In this document: positions 19,003-27,746 of the stretch, piece by piece
How positions within the stretch are numbered: position 1 is the first letter of the stretch
How the letters are laid out: each line of letters starts with the position of its first letter
Source: an uncultured Acidimicrobiaceae bacterium
GTDB taxonomy: Bacteria; Actinomycetota; Acidimicrobiia; Spongiisociales; UBA5794
Direction: 5' to 3'
DNA length: 64,000 bases
Assembly: GCA_964416425.1 (NCBI GenBank)
Contig: CAYQEC010000005.1
Span: 9,328-73,327, forward strand
Made by a program: the position numbers and the translations under genes
The notes under the pieces: generated by a model
The model's database searches: none
The model's input: only the letters and a program-made list of their open reading frames with translations
What the model was told of the DNA's origin: nothing

Positions 19003-20322
19003 ATGGTGGCGATGACCGACGACTCCCGTGCCGGACGGCAGCGCCGGCGCCTCACCGCCACCGTCACCGACCTCGAGGTGGTGCGGCAGCGCGCCTATCT
19101 CGTCGGGCTGGTGACCCGAAGCGCCGAGGTGCCGGAGGCGGAGGCCAGCCTCGCCGAACTGGAGCTGCTCACCGACACCGCCGGGTCGGACCCGGTGGAG
19201 GCGCAGCTGGTGCGGCGGCCCCACCCGGACCCGGCCACCTTCATCGGCCGCGGCAAGGTCGAGGAGCTGGCCTCGGAGATCAAGGCGCTCGACATCGACG
19301 TCGCCGTGTTCGACAACGAGCTGAGCCCCGCCCAGCAGCGCAACCTGCAGCACCTCTTCCAGTGCGACGTGGTCGACCGGGTCGCCCTCATCCTCGACAT
19401 CTTCGCTCAGCACGCCACCAGCAAGGAGGGCATGCTCCAGGTCGAGCTCGCCCAGCACCGTTACCGGCTGCCCCGGCTGCGGGGACGGGGCGTCGAGATG
19501 TCCCGGCTCGGTGGCGGGATCGGCACCCGCGGCCCCGGCGAGACCCAGCTCGAGACCGATCGCCGGCGCATCCTCGACCGGATCCGCAAACTGGAACGCG
19601 CCATCACCGACCTCGGGAGGTCGCGGGCGACCCGCAGCAAGGCGCGGCGCCGCTCCCGCCTCCCGCTCATCGCCCTCGTCGGCTACACCAACGCCGGCAA
19701 GTCGACACTGTTCAACGCCCTCACCGGCGCCTCCGTGCTCGTCGAGAACCAGCTCTTCGCCACCCTCGACTCGACCGTACGCCGGGTCGAGCTGCCGTCA
19801 AACATGGCAGCGTTGGTGTCCGACACGGTCGGGTTCGTGCGCCGCCTCCCCCACGAGCTGGTGGAGGCGTTCCGCTCGACGCTGGAGGAGGTCAACCAGG
19901 CCGATCTGCTGCTGCACGTCGTCGACGGGGCCGACGAGAACCCCGACCGCCAGATCGAGGCCGTCCGCCAGGTGCTGTCGGAGATCGGCGCCGCCGCCAT
20001 CCCGGAGCTGATCGTCGTCAACAAGTGCGATGTCGCCGACGCCCCCGCGGTGGAGCGGCTGGTGCGGCTCCACCCCGGGGCGGTGGCCATCTCGGCGTCG
20101 CGGGGCGACGGCCTCGAGACGCTGGCGGAGGAGGCGGCCCGCGCCCTCAGCGCCCGGGTGGTCGAGGCGGACTTCACCGTCCCCTACGACCGGGGCGACG
20201 CCCTGGCGGCGCTGCACCGGGTGGGCGAGGTCATCGACGAACGCCATCTCGACGATGCCACCGCGGTGCGGGTCCGGCTGCCGCGCGAGGAACTCCACGC
20301 CTTCGCCGATTTCCGGGACTGA
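19003..20322 (+). CDS. hflX: GTPase HflX
   Basis: The G-domain motifs are LVGYTNAGKSTLFNALTG, DTVGF and VVNKCD, preceded by the HflX N-terminal domain. The start is uncertain; the track ORF begins at 18931. Confidence 0.9.
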   Translation: MVAMTDDSRAGRQRRRLTATVTDLEVVRQRAYLVGLVTRSAEVPEAEASLAELELLTDTAGSDPVEAQLVRRPHPDPATFIGRGKVEELASEIKALDIDVAVFDNELSPAQQRNLQHLFQCDVVDRVALILDIFAQHATSKEGMLQVELAQHRYRLPRLRGRGVEMSRLGGGIGTRGPGETQLETDRRRILDRIRKLERAITDLGRSRATRSKARRRSRLPLIALVGYTNAGKSTLFNALTGASVLVENQLFATLDSTVRRVELPSNMAALVSDTVGFVRRLPHELVEAFRSTLEEVNQADLLLHVVDGADENPDRQIEAVRQVLSEIGAAAIPELIVVNKCDVADAPAVERLVRLHPGAVAISASRGDGLETLAEEAARALSARVVEADFTVPYDRGDALAALHRVGEVIDERHLDDATAVRVRLPREELHAFADFRD

Positions 20323-20325
20323 CCG

Positions 20326-21570
20326 CTACATCAGATCCCACAGGGTCCGGGTGGAATCCGATTCCGCCTCACCGAGCATCTCGTCGTCGGCGGTTTGCCG
20401 GCGATGGGCCACCACCGGGATGAGGACCGCCGAGACGTACACGACCTGGATGGCGAGGGCGAGGACTCCGGCGGCGGTGAGCCCGAAGACGATCGGCACC
20501 ACCGGCACCACCGGGATGAGGGCCCCGAGCACCCAGGCGAACTGGAAGAACGTCTCGGAGTTAGTGAAGGCGCGGCCCCGCGACTCGACCGGCACCGTCG
20601 ACTGCAGCAGGCCGTCGAAACCGAACTTGGCGGTGCCCCAGGCGAAGCCGGCGGCGCCGGCCAGCGCCGCCGCGGCGGGGAGCCCGAACACCTGGGCGGC
20701 GATGAAGGCCGCCCCCGCTTCGATGGCGAGCCCGGCCACCACCATCGGCTCCTCGGACATGTGGCGGTCGAAGATGGGGGTGACGAAGGCGGCGACGAAG
20801 TAGCCGCCGCCGGCGGCGCCGAGCAGGGCGCCGAAGTCGAGGAACCCGGCGTCGCCGTGGAAGGCGAAGGTGACGAGCAGCAGGAGGAACCCGTTGAGGA
20901 ACCGCACCCCGGCCGTGGCAAAACGGGCCAGCCGCACCGAGCGGGGAGTGGCCACTGCCCGGCGTTCGCGGCGGGTCCGCCGGATCGCCCTCCCCACGGC
21001 GACTTTGGGGAGCTCGAAGGCACTCATCGCCGACCAGACGTAGACGGCGGCGGCGGACACCAGGGCGAACCAGGGCCATTCCATCGTCACGCTGATGACC
21101 CCGGCCGGGAGGATGGCGACGCTGGCGACGACGCCGACCCGGGCGAGCTGGGCGTTGCCGGCGATGAGGTCGCGCCGCCCTTCCAGCACCCCGGGCAGCA
21201 CGCTGCTGCGGGCGATGCCGTGGAACCGGGACAGCACGAGCAGCAGGAACGCCATCGGAAACAGCGCCAGCGACCCGACCCAGATCATCATCGCCACCGC
21301 CAGCAGCGCCCGCAGGGTGGCGCTCAGCACCAACCCGCCCCGGTAGGCGGAAGGAAACCGCTCGAAGACGCCGCCGAGGAACGGGCCGATCACCGCGAAG
21401 GGCGCCATTGTGATGAGCAGGTAGAGGGCGACGTTGGCCCGGGCCTCCGAAGACGGCACCGAGAAGAACAAGGTGCCGGCCAGCGCCATCGCCACCAGCG
21501 TGTCGCCGCCGACCGACCCGGCGTGGGATTCGGCAAGGCGCCGGAAGCCGGGCCCGCGCGAGCTGAACAT
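20326..21570 (-). CDS. Polytopic membrane protein, MFS-like transporter
   Basis: From MFSSRGPGFRR the product has ~12 hydrophobic segments. The upstream 75 codons of the track ORF are Arg-rich and rejected. Confidence 0.55.
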   Translation of the reverse strand: MFSSRGPGFRRLAESHAGSVGGDTLVAMALAGTLFFSVPSSEARANVALYLLITMAPFAVIGPFLGGVFERFPSAYRGGLVLSATLRALLAVAMMIWVGSLALFPMAFLLLVLSRFHGIARSSVLPGVLEGRRDLIAGNAQLARVGVVASVAILPAGVISVTMEWPWFALVSAAAVYVWSAMSAFELPKVAVGRAIRRTRRERRAVATPRSVRLARFATAGVRFLNGFLLLLVTFAFHGDAGFLDFGALLGAAGGGYFVAAFVTPIFDRHMSEEPMVVAGLAIEAGAAFIAAQVFGLPAAAALAGAAGFAWGTAKFGFDGLLQSTVPVESRGRAFTNSETFFQFAWVLGALIPVVPVVPIVFGLTAAGVLALAIQVVYVSAVLIPVVAHRRQTADDEMLGEAESDSTRTLWDLM

Positions 21571-21659
21571 GAGGCGGAGCCGCTCTGCGGCGAGGCGGGT
21601 CCCGGCCCGGGCCGATGCGCCCAGTCGAGAGCGTCCGGAGGGGCTCTCCTGGCGGTCGT

Positions 21660-21669
21660 GTGACGTCAC
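21660..21669. promoter_or_regulatory. Perfect palindrome GTGACGTCAC upstream of the MFS-like gene
   Basis: A 10 bp perfect palindrome lies ~90 nt upstream of the 21570 start. Confidence 0.3.
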
Positions 21670-21766
21670 CTTCGGCAAGTTAGCCGGGTGGGCGGTGGTC
21701 GTGACCCCAGGGAGCCGCTTCGGTCGATGGAACCTCAGAGGCCTCCTGATCCGGCCCCCGACGCGA

Positions 21767-21809
21767 CAGAACCCGCCGGGCCGTTGCCGTACCACGCCGA
21801 CGGGTTCTG
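21767..21809. terminator. Stem-loop CAGAACCCG-N25-CGGGTTCTG downstream of the HIT gene
   Basis: A 9 bp inverted repeat lies in the HIT-MFS intergenic region. Confidence 0.3.
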
Positions 21810-21906
21810 CAGGTCCGCGATCTGCCTCGCAATCCTCCCCCCTGCTATCGGCATTCGCCGTCGCGAAACTTGAGGCAACGCAGCCGATTTCTCGGCAGGG
21901 GCGGAC

Positions 21907-22329
21907 TCAGGCGACGAACTCGCCGTATCCCAGGTCGTGCAGCGCCGCCCGGATCGTCTCCGCCGCGGCGTCGAGGGCGCCCGGGTCCGGGGCGGGGTCG
22001 GCGTTCTCGAACCGGAGGTCCCGCTCCGAGTCGATCGGGACGAGATGGAGGTGGGTGTGCGGCACCTCCAGGCCGGCCACGATGACACCCACCTTCACCG
22101 GCGCGAAGCCCTGCTGCAGCGCCTGCCCGATGCGGCGGCACACCTCGGTGAGATGCGCCAGGAGGTCGGGGTCGAGGTCGATCCAGTGGTCGACCTCCTC
22201 CCGCGGCACGACGAGGGTGTGGCCGGGGGCGATCGGGTTGATGGAGAGGAAGGCGACGCACCGATCGTCCTTCCAGACGAACCGGCCCGGCAGGTCGCCG
22301 TCGATGATCATGGTGAACACCGATGCCAT
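21907..22329 (-). CDS. HIT family hydrolase
   Basis: The histidine triad is HTHLHLVP, and the N-terminus is FVWKDDRCVAFLSINPIAPGHTLVVP. Confidence 0.9.
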   Translation of the reverse strand: MASVFTMIIDGDLPGRFVWKDDRCVAFLSINPIAPGHTLVVPREEVDHWIDLDPDLLAHLTEVCRRIGQALQQGFAPVKVGVIVAGLEVPHTHLHLVPIDSERDLRFENADPAPDPGALDAAAETIRAALHDLGYGEFVA

Positions 22330-22346
22330 GGGGCGAGGTTACCGCC

Positions 22347-23660
22347 TCACAGCAGGTTGACGGCGAGTTCCGCCAGCGGGCTCCGCACCGAGCGCTCCAG
22401 GGTGATGTGCCCGAACAGGCGGTGGCCCTTCATCTTCTCGATGAGTGCCGCCAGCCCGCCGAACGGCGACACGTAGGGGTTGTCGACCTGGGTGAGGTCG
22501 CCGCAGAAGACGACCTTGGAGTCGACCCCCATGCGGGTGAGGATCACCTTGAGGGTCGGCAGCTCCAGGTTCTGCGCCTCGTCGATGATCACCAGCTCCC
22601 CGGTGATGGAACGGCCCCGCAGGTAGGTGATGGCCGCCATCTCGAGCACGTCCCGCTCCAGCAGCTCCTCGACCGCGTCGCGGGCTTCGGTGGTGTCGGC
22701 GCCCGAGAACAGGGCGTAGAGGTTGTCGTGCACCGCCGCCATCCACGGCTCGAGCTTCTCGTCGAGGTCGCCGGGGAGGAACCCGACCTCCTGCCGGCCC
22801 ACCGCCACCAGCGGGCGGTAGACCGAGACCCGGCGGTAGCGGCCCTGCTCGAGGGTCTGCTCGAGGGCGGCGGCGAGGGCGAGGAACGTCTTGCCGGTGC
22901 CGGCGGTGCCCATCATGCTCACCGCCGCGATGTCGGGGCCGAGCAGCAGGTCGAGGGCGAAGGCCTGGCGCACGTTCTTCGATTCGATCCCGAAGGCGTG
23001 CCGGGTGCCGGGCACCCGCACCAGGGTCGGCTCCGGACCGGCGTCGGCAACCCGGGCCACCGCCGATTGCGACCCGGGCCCGTGGAGGATGCAGAACTGG
23101 TTGACGAGCAGCTCGGGTCCCGGGAGTGTGATCTTGCCCTCGCCGTAGAGGCGGTCGATCGTGGCGGAGTCGGTGCTCATCTCGGTCACGCCGGAGTACC
23201 ACTCGTCCACCTGCACCGTGTCGGCCCGGTAGTCCTCCACCTCGACACCGAGCTGGGCGCCCTTGATCCGCAGCGCGGCGTCGCGGGTGACGAGCACGGT
23301 CTCGTGCCCGCCGTCGACCAGGTTGAGGCAGGTCGAAAGGATGCGGTGATCCGGGCTCGACGGGTCGAGGACTTCGGGAAGGCGATCGGAGTGGGTGCCG
23401 TTCAGCTCGATCCGCAGCGAGCCTCCACCCTCGAACCTGCGGGGCTGGGACAACCCGCCCGGCTGGGAGGCGCCGAGCTCTTCGAGGGTGCGGATGGCAG
23501 AGCGGGCGTTGGCGCCGATCTCGTCGAGGCGGCTCTTCTGGCGGTCGAGCTCCTCGACGACGGCGAGCGGCAGCACGACGTCGTGCTCGTCGAACCGGAA
23601 CACGCAGTGGGGATCGGCCAGCAAGACGCAGGTGTCGAGGACATAGGTCTTGCTGTCCAC
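22347..23660 (-). CDS. PhoH2: N-terminal PIN domain fused to PhoH-like P-loop ATPase
   Basis: The PIN domain begins YVLDTCVLLADPH and the Walker A is GTAGTGKT. A C-terminal PhoH domain follows. Confidence 0.9.
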   Translation of the reverse strand: MDSKTYVLDTCVLLADPHCVFRFDEHDVVLPLAVVEELDRQKSRLDEIGANARSAIRTLEELGASQPGGLSQPRRFEGGGSLRIELNGTHSDRLPEVLDPSSPDHRILSTCLNLVDGGHETVLVTRDAALRIKGAQLGVEVEDYRADTVQVDEWYSGVTEMSTDSATIDRLYGEGKITLPGPELLVNQFCILHGPGSQSAVARVADAGPEPTLVRVPGTRHAFGIESKNVRQAFALDLLLGPDIAAVSMMGTAGTGKTFLALAAALEQTLEQGRYRRVSVYRPLVAVGRQEVGFLPGDLDEKLEPWMAAVHDNLYALFSGADTTEARDAVEELLERDVLEMAAITYLRGRSITGELVIIDEAQNLELPTLKVILTRMGVDSKVVFCGDLTQVDNPYVSPFGGLAALIEKMKGHRLFGHITLERSVRSPLAELAVNLL

Positions 23661-23807
23661 CGGGTCGGGCTCCTCTCGACCGCTGAGCCGTCAGACTGAC
23701 CTCCGAGAGCGCGAAAAGCAAGGACCCGCCGCCGCCACCGGCGGTGGTCGCTCGTCGCGTTCGGGATCCGTGCCGTAGCCTTCCCCCGTCTGCGGAAGGA
23801 GTGGGCG

Positions 23808-24815
23808 GTGCGGGTGACGGTGATCGGGGCGGGATCGTGGGGTACCGCCATGTCGTCCCTCGTCGCCGCCAAGGGGCCGGTGTCTCTCTGGGCGCGGCGC
23901 CCGGTCCTGGCCGCCGCGATCGACGAGCAGCGGCGCAACCCGGCCTACCTGCCCGAGGTTCGGCTCCCCGCGGCGGTGCACGCCACTTCCGATCTGAGCG
24001 CTGCCCTCGACGGCGCCGACGTCGTCGTCATGGCGGTTCCGTCGCACGGCTTCCGCGCCGTGCTGGAGCAGGTGGCGGGGTTCGTGGCGCCCGAGGTGCC
24101 GATCGTCAGCCTCACCAAGGGCATCGAGCAGGACACGCTGCTGCGGATGACTGAGGTCGTGGCCGCGGTGCTGCCGGGCCATTCCCCCGACCGTGTCGGG
24201 GTGCTTACCGGACCGAACCTGGCGGCCGAGGTCGCCGCCGGCCAGCCGACCGCGGCGGTGGTCGCTCTCGGCGACGCCGCCACCGCAGCCCGGCTCCAGG
24301 AGCTCTTCATGACCCCGACGTTCCGGGTGTACACGAACGACGACGTCGTGGGCTGTGAGGCGGCGGGGGCCCTCAAGAACGTGATGGCGATCGCCGCCGG
24401 CATGGCCCACGGGCTCGGCCTCGGCGACAACACCATGGCGACGCTCATCACCCGGGCACTGGCCGAGATCACCAGGGTCGGGGTCGTTCTCGGCGGGCGG
24501 CCGCTCACGTTCTCCGGTCTGGCGGGAATGGGTGACCTCATCGCCACCTGCGTCAGCACCAAGAGCCGCAACCACCGGGTCGGGTTCGGGCTGGGGAGCG
24601 GCCGCACCCTGGACGACGTCGTCGGCGAGATGCACATGGTCGCCGAGGGGGTGAAGTCAACCCGGGCCATCCTGGCGCTGGCACGGCGTCACGGGATCGA
24701 GATGCCGATCGCCGAACAGGTCGGCAAGGTGCTCTACGAGCAGGGCGATCCGGTCACCGCGGTCGCCACCCTGATGGGGCGGCGTGCCCGGCGGGAGCTG
24801 CACGGCATCGACTGA
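23808..24815 (+). CDS. gpsA: NAD(P)H-dependent glycerol-3-phosphate dehydrogenase
   Basis: A GTG start follows GGAAGGAG. The Rossmann motif is VTVIGAGSWGTA and the catalytic region includes GALKNVMAIAAG. Confidence 0.95.
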   Translation: MRVTVIGAGSWGTAMSSLVAAKGPVSLWARRPVLAAAIDEQRRNPAYLPEVRLPAAVHATSDLSAALDGADVVVMAVPSHGFRAVLEQVAGFVAPEVPIVSLTKGIEQDTLLRMTEVVAAVLPGHSPDRVGVLTGPNLAAEVAAGQPTAAVVALGDAATAARLQELFMTPTFRVYTNDDVVGCEAAGALKNVMAIAAGMAHGLGLGDNTMATLITRALAEITRVGVVLGGRPLTFSGLAGMGDLIATCVSTKSRNHRVGFGLGSGRTLDDVVGEMHMVAEGVKSTRAILALARRHGIEMPIAEQVGKVLYEQGDPVTAVATLMGRRARRELHGID

Positions 24816-24916
24816 CGCTCCCGCTCCGGTGGAGGCCATCGGACAGATTCGGACAGGATGGCGAGAATCCCCTCTCTGTCCGTTCCTGTCCGATCGGATC
24901 TGACAGACTACGGGTC

Positions 24917-26338
24917 ATGGCAGCACTGCAAGGCGTGGCGACCACCGGCATCTACTGCCGCAGCACCTGCGCCGCCCAACCTGATCCCCGCAACGTCACC
25001 CCCTACGCCACCAGTGTCGCCGCCGAAGCGGCCGGCTACCGCCCCTGCCTGCGCTGCCGGCCCGACCGGCTCCCGGAGCCGCACCTCCCCGAGGTGGCCC
25101 CGCCGGCGGTCGCCCACGCCCTCGTCCTCATCTCCGACGGCTACCTCGACTCCCACACCGAGGACGCCCTCGCCCGCGCCGTCGGCTACAGCGGGCGCCA
25201 GCTGCGCCGGCTGTTCCTGACCCACGTCGGCGCCAGCCCGGCGTTTGTGGCCCGGTCGCGGCGGGCGCACTTCGCCCGGCGCCTCCTCGACGAGACCGAC
25301 CTGCCGCTCGCCGCGGTGGCGGCCGCCGCCGGCTACCGGTCGACCCGCCAGCTGCACCGGGCGGTCACCGCCACGTTCGCCTTCCCGCCGCGTGAGCTGC
25401 GGGCGAAGCGCCGCCGGCCCGACCGGCCGATCGACGACGGCGGCCTCACGCTGCACGTCCCGTACCACGGCCCGCTCGACCGGGCCCGGCTCCGCCGCCA
25501 CCTCGGGCCGCGTACGGTTCCCGGCGTCGACCACCTCGACGGCGCCGGCGGCTACCGGCGCACGTTCGAGACCTGCGGCTTCGCCGGCCTCATCGATCTC
25601 GATCTGAGCGATGCAACCTCCGACACCGACGGGATGACGCTCACCGCCCACCTGCCGACGATGGCGACGTTGATCGACGACGTCGCCCGCTGCCGCCATC
25701 TGCTCGGGCTCGACGAGCCGGCCACCTCGGGACGGGCGCTGGCCGGCGACGATCTCCTCGGCCCCGAGCTGCAGGCCCGCCCCGGCCTGCGGGTCCCGGG
25801 GTGCTGGGACCGGTTCGAGAGCTTGATCCGCATCGTGATCGGGCAGCAGGTCTCGCTGCGGGGAGCGTCGACGCTGACGAGCCGGGTGGCGGCGGCGGCC
25901 GGGCGCCGCATCCCCGGCGCCGACGACCGCGCCAACCTGGTCTTCCCGGACCCGGCGGCCCTCGCCGCGGCCGACCTCGCAGGGCTCGGCCTCCCTGCCC
26001 GGCGGGCCGCCACGATCCGCACCGTCGCCAACGCCGTCGCCGGGGGCTCGCTCGACCTGTTCCGGTTCGCCCCGCTCGACGACCTCGTCGCCGGGTACTG
26101 CGAGCTGCCCGGCATCGGACCGTGGACGGCCCACATGGCCGCGCTGCGTCTCCACCGCCACCCCGACGCCTTCCCCGCCGGGGACCTGGGACTCCGCAAG
26201 GGGGCGGCGCGGCTGCTCGGCCTCGCCGACCCGATGCCGGCCGTCGACCTCACCGCGCTCGCCGAGCGGTGGCGCCCCCATCGTTCGCTCGCCGCCCAGC
26301 TCCTGTGGACCATCGCCGAGGAAGGACCCCTGACATGA
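24917..26338 (+). CDS. alkA: Ada-AlkA fusion: Ada Zn-binding domain + AraC HTH + AlkA N-terminal + HhH-GPD DNA glycosylase
   Basis: The Ada Zn-binding region is YCRSTCAAQ...CLRCRP, the AraC-type HTH is mid-protein, and the HhH is ELPGIGPWTAHMAALR. The stop overlaps the ogt start. Confidence 0.85.
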   Translation: MAALQGVATTGIYCRSTCAAQPDPRNVTPYATSVAAEAAGYRPCLRCRPDRLPEPHLPEVAPPAVAHALVLISDGYLDSHTEDALARAVGYSGRQLRRLFLTHVGASPAFVARSRRAHFARRLLDETDLPLAAVAAAAGYRSTRQLHRAVTATFAFPPRELRAKRRRPDRPIDDGGLTLHVPYHGPLDRARLRRHLGPRTVPGVDHLDGAGGYRRTFETCGFAGLIDLDLSDATSDTDGMTLTAHLPTMATLIDDVARCRHLLGLDEPATSGRALAGDDLLGPELQARPGLRVPGCWDRFESLIRIVIGQQVSLRGASTLTSRVAAAAGRRIPGADDRANLVFPDPAALAAADLAGLGLPARRAATIRTVANAVAGGSLDLFRFAPLDDLVAGYCELPGIGPWTAHMAALRLHRHPDAFPAGDLGLRKGAARLLGLADPMPAVDLTALAERWRPHRSLAAQLLWTIAEEGPLT

Positions 26339-26832
26339 ACGAGACGCACTTCTCCACCGTGATGCCGTCGCCGGTGGGCGACCTCACGATCGTGGCCACC
26401 GATCGGGGCCTGCGGGCCATCCTCTGGCCCGGCGACGACGACGCCCGGGTGGCGCTGCCGGAGACGACGCCGGATCCCCGGCGGGACCATCCGGTGCTGG
26501 CGGCGACCGTGGCCCAGCTCGGCGAGTACTTCGCCGGTGCCCGCACCACGTTCGATCTCCCCCTCGACCTGCGGGGCACCGACTTCCAGGTGGCGTCGTG
26601 GCGGGCGCTGGCCGAGATCCCGTTCGGCGCCACCACCACCTACGGGGACCAGGCCCGCCGCCTCGGGCGGCCGGCCGCGGCTCGGGCGGTGGGCGCCGCC
26701 ACCGGCCGGAATCCGGTGTCGATCGTGCTGCCCTGCCACCGGGTGGTCGGCAGCGACGGGTCGCTCACCGGCTTCGCCGGCGGCCTCGACACCAAGGCCT
26801 GGTTGCTGCGCCACGAGGGAGCGATCGGTTGA
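26335..26832 (+). CDS. ogt: Methylated-DNA-protein-cysteine methyltransferase
   Basis: The active site is IVLPCHRVVGSDGSLTGF. It is translationally coupled to alkA by ATGA. Confidence 0.9.
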   Translation: MNETHFSTVMPSPVGDLTIVATDRGLRAILWPGDDDARVALPETTPDPRRDHPVLAATVAQLGEYFAGARTTFDLPLDLRGTDFQVASWRALAEIPFGATTTYGDQARRLGRPAAARAVGAATGRNPVSIVLPCHRVVGSDGSLTGFAGGLDTKAWLLRHEGAIG

Positions 26833-27120
26833 CCCCCCTCGACCGTCTTCTCACCCTCCCTGGGACCAGGGAGGTTTCCTCCGCCAAAGGCGGAGGCGTC
26901 GCAGAGGGAGCCGAAGGCGACCGATCCGGGGAGGGTCGCGGCTCACCACGGCACCGCGACCCCCCTCGACCGTCTTCTCACCCTCCCTGGGACCAGGGAG
27001 GGTCGGAGAGCCGTCACCGCAGGTGGCGGCGATCCGGGGAGGGTCGCGGCTCACCACATCACCGCGACCCCCCTCGGGTCGCTCCGCTCCCCGGTCCCCC
27101 CTGATCCCAGGGGGGACGAG
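26831..27120. repeat. Tandem hairpin-rich repeats: unit 1 26831-26957 (127 bp), unit 2 26958-27065 (108 bp), partial unit 3 27066-27120
   Basis: The units share a 5' core gacccccctcgaccgtcttctcaccctccctgggaccagggagg with a perfect 10 bp hairpin CCCTCCCTGG/CCAGGGAGGG. They also share a 3' core gatccggggagggtcgcggctcaccac..caccgc, and the middles vary. Unit junctions form GGGTCGCGG...CCGCGACCC inverted repeats. Confidence 0.85.
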
Positions 27121-27131
27121 AAAGGAGACGC

Positions 27132-27746
27132 TCAGCGGTCTCGGCGCACCGGACGTACGAACGCGGCCCGGGCCGCCTCGACCCGGGCGAAGGTGTCGCA
27201 CTGCGGCTCGTGGTCGTTGACGATCCCCATCGCCTGCATGAAGGCGTACACGGTGGTGGCACCGACGAACGTGAAGCCGCGCCGCTTCAGGTCCTTGGCG
27301 AGAGCGGTCGATTCGGGGGTGACGGGGGCGACGACCCGGTGCTCCGGGTCGGGCTCGTAGCTCCACACCAGCCCCGCCAGCGAGCCGACCTCGTCGATGA
27401 CCTCCCGGGTCCGGGCCGCGTTGTTGATCGTCGACACGATCTTCCCCCGGTGCCGGATGATCCCCTCGTCGTGGAGTAGACGCTCGACGTCGGCCTCGGT
27501 CATGCCGGCGACGGTGTCGATGGCGAAGCCGGAGAACGCCGCCCGGAAGGCGGCCCGGCGCCGCAGGATCGTCAGCCAGCTCAGCCCGGCCTGGAACCCC
27601 TCGAGGCAGAGCTTCTCGAACAGGAGCCGATCGTCGGCCACGGGGAACCCCCACTCGTCGTCGTGGTATGGCTGATAGTCCTCGGCGGAGGCACCCCACC
27701 TGCACCGGGTCACTCCGTCCGTGCCGACGACGAGCGAGGGGTTCAC
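27132..27746 (-). CDS. tag: DNA-3-methyladenine glycosylase I
   Basis: The product begins YHDDEWGFPVADDRLLFEKLCLEGFQAGLSWLTIL and has the C-terminal Zn-site residues. Confidence 0.9.
   Translation of the reverse strand: MNPSLVVGTDGVTRCRWGASAEDYQPYHDDEWGFPVADDRLLFEKLCLEGFQAGLSWLTILRRRAAFRAAFSGFAIDTVAGMTEADVERLLHDEGIIRHRGKIVSTINNAARTREVIDEVGSLAGLVWSYEPDPEHRVVAPVTPESTALAKDLKRRGFTFVGATTVYAFMQAMGIVNDHEPQCDTFARVEAARAAFVRPVRRDR

Noticed and set aside
26831-27120. Possible CRISPR array
   Set aside because: The units are 108-127 bp, with only two and a half copies. Each repeat is internally palindromic and the variable segment sits inside the unit. There are no short uniform spacers and no cas genes nearby.
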